Origin: Takakia lepidozioides
Taxonomy: Eukaryota > Plantae > Bryophyta
Length of the DNA stretch: 64,000 nucleotides
Assembly (NCBI GenBank): GCA_030704615.1
Contig: CM060732.1
Location: 62,868,001-62,932,000, forward strand
Direction: 5' to 3'
Shown: piece by piece, positions 40,954-52,754 of the stretch
Position numbering within the stretch: the stretch's first letter is position 1
Layout: each line of letters begins with the position of its first letter
Made by a program: the position numbers and the translations under genes
The notes under the pieces: generated by a model
The model's input: the letters and a program-made list of their open reading frames with translations, nothing else
Told to the model about the DNA's origin: nothing
Database searches by the model: none

Positions 40954-43723
40954 TCAATCAGCACTCTGCTTGAGAAGGAAATTTTCTGCATCCCACTTGA
41001 GAAGGCATTTTGCCACACGTTCTGCTACGTCCACATCACCATGAATTCTGCAGGCACCAAGCAAAGCCCCCCAGACCGAAGCATCTGGCTCGATTGGTGC
41101 CTTGCTAATGAACTCTTCTGCCTCATGTAATCGCCCTGAGCGGCCAAGAAGGTCCACCATGGAGCCCAATTGCTCCAATGTAGGAATGAGGCTATAATCC
41201 TGAGTCATAGAATCGAAGTAGTGACAGCCTTCCTCAACTAGGCCCACATGGCTGCATGCAGAGATGACAGAAGTGAAGGTGATACAATCCGGATTGAAGT
41301 CTTCCTGTAGAAATTTTTCAAAAAGTTGGATGGCTTCTCTACCACAACCGTGCTGTGCATATCCTGTGATCATCGCATTCCATGAGACCACATTTCGAGT
41401 AGCCATTATGTCAAACACTCGGCGTGCATTGTCTACACTTCCGCACTTTGCATACATGTCAACGAGGCTTGTTCCCAAATAAACATCTAATGAGAGTCCA
41501 GCTCTGAGGATGTCAGCATGGACCTGCTTGCCCTTCTCTAGGGCACCCAAATTGGCAGATGCATTGAGAATACAAATGAAAGTGACATTGTCAGGACTCA
41601 CCCCTTCCCGCTGCATTTTCACATAGAGTTTAAGAGCCTCCTCACCATGCCCCTGCTGAGCATATCCTGCAATCATTGCATTCCATGAGACCACATCTCG
41701 TTTGGCCATTTTGTCGAACACTTGATATGCATTCTGCGAACTCCCACATTTGGCATACATGTCAACAAGGGTTGTCTCCAAGTTAATATCTGGCACAATT
41801 CCCGCTTTGATGATATCAGCATGGACCTGCTCACCCTTCTCTAGGGCCCTAAGGCTGGCACACGCATTGAGAACACAAATAAAGGTGACCTTGTTGGGTT
41901 TGACCCCTTCCAGTTGCATTTGCTTGTACATGTTTAAAGCCTCTACGCCATGCCCATGCTGAACATAGCCGGAGATCATTGCAGTCCATGAAACAACATC
42001 TCGCTTGGCCATCTTGTCAAAAACAACACATGCATCCTTTACACTCCCACATTTGGCATACATGTCAACCAGGTTTGTCTCCAAAATCATATCTGGTGAA
42101 ATTCCAGCTCTGATAATGTCTGCATGAACCTTTTCACCCTTTTTAAGGGCTCTCACACTGGTACACGCAGTAAGAACACAAATAAATGTGACATTGTTGG
42201 GCGTCACTTTTTCCCATTGCATTTGCTCATATATTTTCAAGGCCTCTTCCCCATGCCCATGCTGAGCATATGCTGTGATCACTGCATTCCATAAAACCAC
42301 ATTCCGTACAGCCATTTTCTCAAACACTTCATGTGCATCCTTTGCACTCCCACATTTGACATACATGTGGACAAGGGTTGTCTCCAAAACAATGTCTGGC
42401 CCAATTCCAGCTTTGATAAAGCTAGCATGGACCCGCTGGCCCTTTCCCAGGGCTTGTAGGTTGCCACATGCATTGAGAACACAAATGAAAGTAACCCTGT
42501 CAGGCATCATTCCTTCCCCTTGCATTTGCTCATACAATTTGAGAGCATCATCACTATGACCTTGCCGAGCATACCCTGCAATCATTGCATTCCATGACAC
42601 CACATTTCGTTTGGCCATTTTGTCAAAAACTTGCCGTGCATCATCTACACTCCTGCATTTGGCATACATGTCAATAATGGTATTGTCCAAATCGACATAT
42701 GACCCAATTCCAGCTTTGACGATGTCAGCATGGACCTGTTTGCCCTTTTGCAGGGCTCCTAGACTGGCACAAGCATTGAGAACACAAATGAATGTGACCC
42801 TGTCAGGCATTACTCCTTCCATTTGCATTCGCTCATATATTGTGAAAGCCTCCTTGGAGTTTCCATGCTTGGCATACCCTGCAATCATCATAGTCCACGT
42901 GAAAATATCTCGTGCTGACATTTCCTCGAACACTTGGCGTGCATCCCCCATGCTCCCACACTTCATATACATGTTGACAAGTGTATTGACTACAGATATT
43001 TTTGGTGTAAATTCACTTCGAATGATGTGGGAATGCACCTGCTTTCCCTCTGCCAGGGCTTTCATGTTGATGCAGCTCTGCAAGACACATACATAAGTGT
43101 TGGAGTCTGCACAGAACCCTGGGTGGTCCAGAATATGCAGCGCCTCTTTCAGTCTTCCCTCCTTACACATTGTCCTCACATCCCCACCTGCACTACACAT
43201 AATTTTGTTGACTCCCTCTCTTGGTCCTCGTTTAGGAGTGGCACTCGAAGTCGAAGTACCACCACTCAGATGTCCCACCGTTTGTCCTCTATGTAAACCT
43301 GTCATCCTGCATGACTCAAAAATGTCAACGATAAAGTTTGTTTCAATCCAACTTCATATTTCAAGATACCCAAAGACACGTATCCTCCGAGGACAGCCTT
43401 TCCAGGAAAATCCAACAGCACTGCGGTAATTTGATCCACTCATAGTTGAAACAATCATCATTCCAAGAACAATACCCGATATATTCTTGGCCTGGAGGTC
43501 CATGCAGCTCACCAATAATAGAACCATCACCAGCCTCTGCTCTACCTTGTGTCATGGCAGCTAGTTCTGCTTTCACCCAAGGAGCATTCCCTGAACTCTC
43601 CATCCATAGGCCCTCCTTTGTGCGCTTATGTTTCAAGCTTGGACATTTTGAAAGATTCTGTAAAAACGACCTGTGTGTGCAGTCAGCAGCTGTAGCTTCA
43701 AGCAAGCCTACCACCCTTATCAT
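40954..43723 (-). CDS. PLS-class PPR protein truncated within the E region (no DYW)
   Basis: Open 783-aa PLS array ending ...AKCLLKWDAENFLLKQSAD*. A phase-2 intron 43475-43307 joins the upstream PWVKAE exon in frame. Confidence 0.85.
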
Positions 43724-44604
43724 AGACCACGCTCCAACCAGAAAACTCCCTGCCTAATCCAAGGGAACAAGCCTTAACAAAAGCAACTTTCATCCCTGCC
43801 TGAAAAGGAAGAATGACCTGACATTGATCAAATCTTACCATTCCAAAATGAAGAAAGTAGTGGACATAAAGTAGCTGAACAGACAATTTAGAACACAAAA
43901 AAATCATGCCACCTTCAGTCAAAAGTCCATCTTGATGAACTCATGTCACGGGTGATGAGGCCTCACCTTCAGAAACATTTTGTCCGCTCCCTGTCAGGGA
44001 TTTGAGAAGAATACCACCCAGGGCCCTTCTATGCTGTAAGTTCATGCCCCAGACCACAAGGACACGAAGTATCAGCCACCTTTCTTATGTCTTGATAGAT
44101 GACCCTCACAGTATCAAACATGTTCTCTCACCACCACCACCAAGGACCTCCTGCGAGAGCCATTCCAAGAAAATACTTGGCCTACATGCAAGTGCAACTA
44201 AAACAAGATCCTTACCCATACTTGCCTTAGCCTTATTGAGTAATGCTAGTGTAACTATCCACTAGTTGATTCCGGCTGTGGCACAATCTCAGCTGGGGAT
44301 AGATGTTGAATGATAACCCAATTGCTCCAGGCCAATTTCAGTCTGCAGGTCTGGCCTCTCAGATGTCCTCCAAGGCAGCAAATCAGGATGTTCTGTATAT
44401 TGCTGATTTGATTTATGCCTGGGGACCAACAGCTGGCAAAGCACCAGACTGATTCTTCCAGCACTTCAACTACCAACACCGTTCCAGCAATTCTCAAGTG
44501 GAATGAGTCCCGGTTGGTTTTAAGCAGCTGAATGATTGGTCAGAAACGGATTTGTCACTGAGCCTGATAGGAGAGGAGTAACCTCTCTCTCTCTCTCTCT
44601 CTCT

Positions 44605-44722
44605 GCTATGGCAAACAACGTCTTCTGAGTACATTCTCTCTCTCTAAAATCTGTGAGTCAATGGCCCTAAGGTTATGGCAAGCCAATGTTGGTAGGGAAC
44701 AGCATGAGTACATTCTGTCTCT
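44605..44722 (+). mobile_element. Two family A LINE tails, the first inserted into a (CT)n microsatellite
   Basis: gctatggcaaacaacgtcttctgagtacattctctc, followed by a degenerate second copy. Confidence 0.7.
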
Positions 44723-47700
44723 AATTTGGTTGACTTGTCCACTACCCACATGGTATCTAATTTTCTAAGGTCCTTAGGTGGTGCCCATCAAGTGAGCAAG
44801 GTCTCTTCCTTTGCACCTTCCACAATTCAAGAGGTAGAAGCAGCTCGGACTACTCGCCCCAAAGAAGAAGGCACTCTCAAGTGGAATTGACGTTGTGATG
44901 CTGCAATGCTATGCTTGTCATCTTTGTCTCTCATGGTGGACTTGGATAGCAAGGAGGTGAGGCCATGTACCTGGGGTTCCACGGGGATCACTCACTCGGT
45001 TTGTTGGTTGGCTGTGATGGATCCAGGTTAGGCTTCACCTTTGCCTTGATAGCTAAGAGTGGCTGCTGTCTAATGACTTTCTTCTCCAACCTTGTAAATA
45101 AGGATCGGTTGCTTAGCATAGAATTTGGAAAGCACATGAAAAGGTGTTCTTTAAATCTGCTGGCTGATTCTTCTGTTGTATGGTGTTAATATTGATCACA
45201 AATCTGAAATACATATGTTCAGCAGCTTTGGCTTGGGTTCATTGAGCTCCTCTCTCTCACCCACACACACAATTGATGAAACAGGGATATACCAGAAATC
45301 CCACAGAAGATGATGACGTAGGACAAGGGCTCCGGCCATTCTCACGTTCCTCGACAGCCCTCGCTTGATCGTCACGTGAAAGAGTCCTGCGAAGCAATTG
45401 GATGTTCTTGCCAGTAATGTAGGGCAGTCTGGAGCCTGGGTCACTCTGACGCAGGGCACATTGTGACCATGGCACTCTCCGCAGATTTCCGTGGCCTATT
45501 TACGCTAACTCCGGCTGGCATCATATCTCTCTCTGGCTATAACTGCACTGACATGAGGCACACTACTTACAATCTGCGACCCTACATTTCCACCTGAGAG
45601 AGAGTATGTAGCTCACTGCGAGTGTGGTCGGCTTAGTCTGCTGATTAGGGCGAGGCGACAATTAGGTTTGAGGTTTAGGTCTAGGTTTTACCATCGAGAT
45701 CAACTCCGTTGGCCCTGTCACCCCTGCTCCAGGCAAAGGGGAGTTGCCACTTATTCTGGGGACCAATTTATCGACAAGTGTAGGTGGATTTCATCCATAT
45801 TTACAGATGAACACCCAAGAAACATAGTGGGCTGGACACTTCTGTTATGGACACACAGAAGAGGAAAAACTGGAGAACAATAGTGTAAGAACTTAATTCG
45901 ATATCTGACAACATAGTACACCGGTTTCCTGCATGTCAAATCTTCCCCACCCCTTCTAGAGTGGCACAGATTGGGATAACATCATGTGGGATCCGAGGTG
46001 ATAGGGAAGGGAGTATCAGTTCAATTGGTGTAACTCCCACTCGGTGTCACGAAATTTGACCATCCCCTCTCGAGAGTGACATAGGTCGGAAGGGAGTATC
46101 ATTCCAATCGTGTATCTTTCACTTGGTGTCACAAAATTTGACGAAGTCCAAATTTGACTAAGTATAAAATAAGAGGAAGTCACACCAAACACCGGATGAC
46201 ACGAACTACACAATCTGGGGTGACACTAATCCACACAGAGGAGTTGGACGGACCACTACCTACCCATTAAGCCACACGTTACAGCTATGGTCACAATCGC
46301 CCTTGCGTAGGATAGGAACCTTCTGCATTCTGAAATATTTAAATAGTAGTCCAGGATAAGAGTGGGTGGGGAGGATTTGACAAGGGCTCTGTCGAAGGAG
46401 CCGATGCTGCTAGTATCTGAGTGTCAGATCGTAAGCATGCATCACAAATTCATGTCAATCTAGCACTTGAAAAATCTAAGGCCCTAGCCGCACTGGACGA
46501 TTTAGCCATGGCTAAGTTTATGTAACTGCCGCATCACGTCATTTAGCCGCTGTTAAAGTTAGTCAGCGCTAATCGTCGCTAACTACCCCCGGGTATTTGT
46601 CCGACGAGATAACCCCTACCCACCCCCACGTACTAACTTTAACCACGCGGGACAGCATATGGAAAATTCCAACGCTCCCCGTTCTACCTCCTTCCTCGCG
46701 CCCGTCTTCTCGCAGACCATAAGCCACAGAAGGAGGATGGGAACCTGAAGGGGTTCTTGGCTGCTTGCAGTATGAGAACATGATGAGGACTTTGCGGCAG
46801 GGAAATATGATATTTCTAGCTTCCCTACTGGGGAAGAAGGCTTAGGCTTACCTGCACTTGCTTTCCGCTGAGATTTCTATTTTTGGCAAGTCTATGACCC
46901 GTCTTTGGCTAAAAATGTTTCGGGTAGAAATGTAGTTCATCTGCCAGCCCCTTTGAGGAACATGATTTCTACAATTCGAGGTAGCTTCAAGTGATGTCAT
47001 TAATTGCAACACTGGTTTTCTACACATTCCTGCTCTAGTGTGTCTAGTTTCTTATGTAGGCTGAGCTTTGTAGTTCCAAGTTCAAGTGTCTCTCATGTTG
47101 GAATCTAATGCCTGGTGTGCACAGGTGAACAGGATAAGAGAGCTTCCTGGTGAACAGCAAAATTGTTGTGACCCATACTAACAGTCCTGAGGTGACTCAC
47201 ATATATATTGGTTTCCATTTGGGTAGAGAAAACAAGAGAGAATGGTGTTTATTTGCTACTCCAGCTGGCCTCGTGATGATTGTATAGGAGGAGTACGGCT
47301 ATTGGAAGTTTGTTCTTATAGGAAGCAGGTGGAAGCTTCTAGTGTTCCTTAGCAATCACAAGCAAATTGCAGAAGAGACAGAGAACTAGGGCAAAATTGA
47401 GCTAATGTGTCTGTGGTTGTAAATTTCGTTCGAGATCATAATGCCCTTGATGAAATGCAGACCTTTGATTTTCTCAGCGTCCTGAGCCCCAATATGAAGG
47501 TGGACCTAGTTATATCTGTTCTTGTGATTGTGGGGGATTCCATGATGGTGGCGTTCCTCATAGCCTCGTGCATGACTTTGGGCTACTGGGGCTATCTCTC
47601 CATTGTGGTCCATAAGGAATTCTTACAGGTATTTCTCTCCTAGTGAAGAAAAGAAACAGTTGGAGTACATTGGCTCATCATTTGTTGTTTTATCCTTGGG

Positions 47701-48539
47701 AGGGGTATCTGGCATCTTGAGAAGTCTTTGTTACTTTGTGGAGTGGGAGGGTAGCATATACTAGGATGTTGTAACTCCAGCAAGAAAAGATCAGAGACCC
47801 TAAACCCTAAACTGTATGATTGTGGTGGAGATGATTTTGGATGGCAGACCATGTCATATGAATCAATAAGATTTTTTTGAAGGAAAAAAAGAACCCTCGA
47901 CGATGCTCAGCTTTGTGGAAAAGTATTGCCAAACTTGCATAAAGATAATCTTGTCACTCAATGTTCAATTTACTTCTGAAGCCTAGTCATTTTATGGAGA
48001 TCATCAATGGTGATTTACGAAGTCTGGTAATTTATGATGTACCCGGTTTGGGTACCTCAGCTTTACAGCTCCAAGTGTACTTGAGATTGAAAAATTGATG
48101 AAAACAACCTCTCTGGGAGGGGGTCATTGCAGGTAGTATCTGAAAAGAAACTACAATGGAAGCATGCGGCCATCAATGATCTTCCATGGCTTCTCACAAT
48201 CTCAGCCCCAAGAGCATCTATTCTCAATTGGATATTGGATCTTCAGTCAAGCTTTATGAGCACATGGTTGCATTATTTTCTGTTGGTTATGGCTGCTAAA
48301 TGCCTATTGACTTCTCTGAAGTCTTTTACAACATTTGGCTGCGCCATTCTTGCCGCTAGGTACTGGACTCTATAACTTGTCATTATTTCTGTGGGATAGT
48401 TCCTGACATCCCCCTCATATGACATTTACTAGGCCAGATAAAGTCTTCCTAGATTTGGTAGATGATTCGGCTTATTGGGTACATTGATGAAACACAAGCA
48501 TAAATAACACCTTGTTTGGTAGGAATTGTGCAAACACAG

Positions 48540-48945
48540 GCTCCGCGTGATGGTTCTCCCAAGCTGGAACCTAAAGACAAATAATATTATCAAGGATCAA
48601 GTGATTCAGCATCTGAAGGACAGGCATACTATCTGACAAGACATGAACTTGTCCAAAATCCATAGTTGAGAGTGTCAGAGATTGAGAGCCTTGTAAGGGG
48701 TTGCTTGGGTTGAAGTAGCCTTGTCAAACATAGGAACTTGTGGTTTTACTCGAAGATAAGTAAAGAGTTCATGAAGAGAAGCATTCTTCATGTCTGTCCC
48801 AAAGCTGTGTTGTTGGGGGAAGGGCTAGGGACAACTTTGAACTCTTTGATAGTCAGGTGGCAAAGAGACAAAACCCATTGCTCATGGATTCAATATTGGG
48901 GGTGGATGTTGTTCTTGACACATTTAGTTTCGGAGCTTATTCTCT
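48540..48945 (-). repeat. Dispersed repeat B, longest copy
   Basis: Overlaps both the 30410-30690 and 34100-34262 copies. Confidence 0.65.
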
Positions 48946-48989
48946 ATTTGGCATCCTTACATCTTATTCCCTGTTTTCTGATTTATAGG

Positions 48990-50397
48990 TATGTCAGGAG
49001 ATGTTGGAATTCAAGTACGGAAAAAAAAAGACCAAGAGAGAAGAATTGGTCCGATGCAGAGATGCATTGGCTCGCTGTGGCAAAGAGGAAGGAGTGGGAG
49101 GAGTATAAATCATGCAACCCTCGTGAAAACATGGTCGCTGACAAAGGACCAGTGGATGAAGATCGCGGATACTCTGGAGAGTGATGGTGTGCAAAGCCGC
49201 GACTGGGAAGGGTGCAAGAATAAGTGGAACCAAATGAACAAGCAGTATCGTCAAATCAAAGACTTCCAACTCCATAGTACAGGAAATCAGGATTACTAGA
49301 CCATGTCCAGTCAATACTATGTTTATGGGGTTTAACGACGCCCAACCCCCCGCGCCCCATTTCCCGTGCGATGCCGTCGCCACGTCGGTTTCTGCGACGC
49401 CCTGAGCGTCATTTGTTTTTTATTTGGTCAAGTCCCTACCGGCGACGCCCGAGGTTCAGGTTGTGCCCGGGGTCCCACCACCAAAAAAAAAAAAAAAAAA
49501 AAAAAAAACCCGCTTTCTTAATGCAACGCTATGGGGGTTACTGTTTGGGAGCGACGCTCAGGGCTTTGGAGTTTTTTTTTTGGATAAATCACGCTAAAAA
49601 TTACTTAATCATTTTTTGGTCTCTGTAGTAGATGATGCAAGAAAAGCGACGCCAAAGACGTCGCTTACATTTGAGCAACGTGAGGAGTGTTGCTTTGAGG
49701 TCCCGACGAGCAACTGATGTATGTATGAACTACCTTATGTATAATTAAATCATGAGTTTATGTGTAAGTTTTGTAATTGATATGTTGGTTAGTGTGAAGT
49801 GTCTTACTATATATATAACGTAGAGGTCTTGAGTTCAAATTTGCCTAACAACACGTTGAATGATTTAGGAACTCGATATGTGTCGGCTACTTGCAAACAC
49901 ATGCTAATGGGTTAGGTTTGACACTACGTTCCGAATGTGTGTCCCGCCATTTTTCAAAATTCAAAATTCAGAGAAACTTCAATAAGCGACCCCCAGGGCG
50001 TCGCTCCAATACAGCGACTCCTAGGGCCTCGCTTTAAAAAACTGACGTTTGTGTTTTTTTTTTTTTCCCTCCCTCCTGTATGGCTATTGCGACGTTTGGG
50101 GCGTCGCTAGTGGGGATTTTCAGGGAGGTCAGATTTGCGACCCCCCCCCCCCGGCATCGCCTTAAGTCCGGAATCTCTGACGTCCCCATAGAGACGTCAG
50201 AGGCGTCGCAGAAATACGCAATTAGCGGCGCCCGGGCCGTCGTTAGGGGGACGCTAACCCCCCCGAACGGTGTAATGAGTGAGGAGCGGATGGAGGCCAA
50301 CCTGCCAAAGACATTCCTCAAGGATCTCTTCGAGGATATGGATTGGCAGGGCAAGCGGGCGTGTAACGCTCCAAGACAAATGTCAAGGAGCATGAGG
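48990..50397 (+). pseudogene. Myb/SANT-like (trihelix) DNA-binding protein, disrupted
   Basis: NWSDAEMHWLAVAK [frameshift] KDQWMKIADTL...RDWEGCKNKWNQMNKQYRQIKDF...DY*TMSS [insert] EERMEANLPKTFLKDLFEDM. Confidence 0.8.
49312..50277. mobile_element. Non-autonomous CACTA (En/Spm) element, 966 bp
   Basis: Termini CAATAC... and ...GTAATG (CACTAC variants), 3-bp TSD agt (49309-49311 and 50278-50280), dense GCGACG/CGTCGC subterminal repeats. Removal restores the host reading frame. Confidence 0.85.
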
Positions 50398-50679
50398 GTG
50401 AGCATTTCTAACTCTCTAGTTTTGTTGTTCTATTTGTTGTTTCTTCTTCCATTTGGACTTCTATCTAATATCTCTGTTTTATTTTGTGCCTGCATGTTAC
50501 ACGTAGGTAGCTGTACACAGCCACCAAGTTGTGCCCCTACATCACGAAGCTCGACTTCAGGCCCATTCATGGCACTTAATGCAAATGCTAATGACCGTCA
50601 ATGCTATAAAGTTAGAACACTCGTAAATGGATCCTTGGAAAAATAGAAGAAACATGTGACCAAAGAGGAAAAAGACACT

Positions 50680-51390
50680 TCATTGCTTTCCCATTTGGGC
50701 ACGGGCATCAAGAAGAAAGGGTGTGGTCTAGGTTCTATCCAACTTAATCGATGAAGACAAATAACCTTATAACATTCAACCACGTCTTGCACATATCAGG
50801 TTACCACATGACAATGTTTTTCGGAAGCACAGCGGCATATATTGAGCTTCCAATTTTTGCTGAAACTTTTTGTGTATCTGCATCACAAAGCTTTGATAAG
50901 TCATTGAGCTCTAATAGGTACAAACACATATATCACATAACTTAACACTCTTTTGTGTGACAGACCAAGTTGATTGGAAGATAACTTGACATTACCTCAC
51001 GTACTCTCCGAGTTCATTTTTCTCTTGGCTAAAATGATGATCAGTCAAATTTCGCATTTCCACCCCACCACGAACAAAGAAATTGCGGGTACAATAGTAG
51101 CTGAATCGTTTCAAGGATCCCTCCGGTGTTGTTCATGGTTGACAAATTTTTTGGCTAACATCTTTCAAGTTCATCGCGTATGGTGAGAACATCTAATTTC
51201 TTCCTAACTTTGCCCACGCCAGCTTTTCTAGAATCTTGAATGGCCTTGTTGGTAGCCATAGTACATTTCTGATATCGTGCAATATCATGTATAATGTTGA
51301 ATGGTATCTCGGCTTTGCCTAATTGAACCATTCTCACTTATTGGCTGATCGAATGATCTGACCAAGAGTTCTATACATACCACTGATGCT
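50680..51390 (-). pseudogene. DUF3504/Crypton-like tyrosine recombinase fragment
   Basis: KAIQDSRKAGVGKVRKKLDVLTIRDE...TPEGSLKRFSYYCTRNFFVRGGVEMRNLTDHHF...YVR | intron | YTKSFSKNWK...QDVVECYKVICLHR...PFFLMP, with frameshifts. C-terminal catalytic part absent. Confidence 0.65.
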
Positions 51391-51929
51391 GCACATACAC
51401 ATGCAACATAGACCAATATATCAGATTAAAGAAAAATATCTAACAATGTATACATTCAAATGGATTGAAACAAAAATATCTAAGTAATTATTTCCATAGT
51501 AGTTTGGAACTACAACTATAGTAAGAGTGTTCGTTCACATTTCCAGAAATTGCAAATATCGAATGCATGATCGTCTGACTACAAGCCAAAAGATAAAGAA
51601 GGCACGTCGGACATGGATGCTTCCCCGTATGATACATCCATAACCTAGGGCTAACTACACACATCAATTACATCACAGAGATTGAAGCAGAACAAAAAAT
51701 GCATGTGTAGTGACCAAGAGTGAGACAAAGATGTAGCAGGAAATGCAAGAAATGCATTTATGAGAGAACGGGGACGGGAAATACGGGCGTCACGTTGGGG
51801 AATGCCTGAGGCATTCAATCTGTTGTATTTTTAAGCAATCTGTTGCACCTCAAAATGTCAAAGTCCCTCTGGTCTGATATCTCCCTTATTCTGCCCCCTT
51901 ATTCTTGCTTGTTTCAGATTGCTTCGCTT

Positions 51930-52438
51930 CCACCAGTTTTCCTAAATGTTGCACCATCATTTGGCGATCCTATGTTGCAGCCACTTGGTGATGCTCTTCT
52001 TTCTCTACCTTTGGTGACTTCGAGATGGAGCGTCCTCTCGAACCGTGCCTCCCTCTCCCTACGTCCTTCCACCTTCTCCCTTCAATCTTCCACTTTCTCC
52101 AGCCGGTTTGCCTCCATGCTGGAGGCTAGCTTGACCCAGTGCCCTCTTTGAAAGCTTCCAATAAATTGACACTAGCACCGCCTTTCTTTTTCTTTTGACC
52201 AGTAGAATTTGGAAAGGGGTGGGGAGAATTGTTGGTGTACCATTGTGGTCCTGCCACTGGCGCTGGCTCACGTGGATGGATGTCTGTTTCAGTAGAGGTA
52301 TCCTTTGCGATATATGAGCTAGCATCTCTTTGCTCATCTGTAAATGGGTCGTTATCTTCTCCCTACGCACGCAGCCCCCCTAGGTTCAAACAGTTGTTTC
52401 TTAATAATGGATTTTTGCAGTGGTTCAACAATCTCCTA
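51930..52438 (-). pseudogene. Degenerate exon with basic patch and coiled coil, possibly the C-terminus of the Myb/SANT gene
   Basis: NSTGQKKKKGGASVNLLEAFKEG...SSMEANRLEKVED*REK...REREARFER. Confidence 0.35.
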
Positions 52439-52754
52439 CTGGAAGGAGGGCAGCAAAGCCGTGAGTAGAACCTGTGAGTAGATTCCTGGATGCGTGAGCA
52501 GATTCCCCGAAGCGTGAGCAGATTTCGCGCTGGACCCCAAAACTGTGGGAACAAGTAGACCTATTTCCGTGGACGCCAACTTCACTGGAAAGACGCAGTC
52601 TCCGCTCCATCGGACCAAAGGCAGACAGGCTCCATGACGACAGAAGTGGCACGAATGCACGATGATACATTCACGGATGAATGGATTTGGGATGGACGTA
52701 AAAGTGTAATGGATGAACATTGGATGAAGCACGGATGAGAAGTTGTCCAGATGG

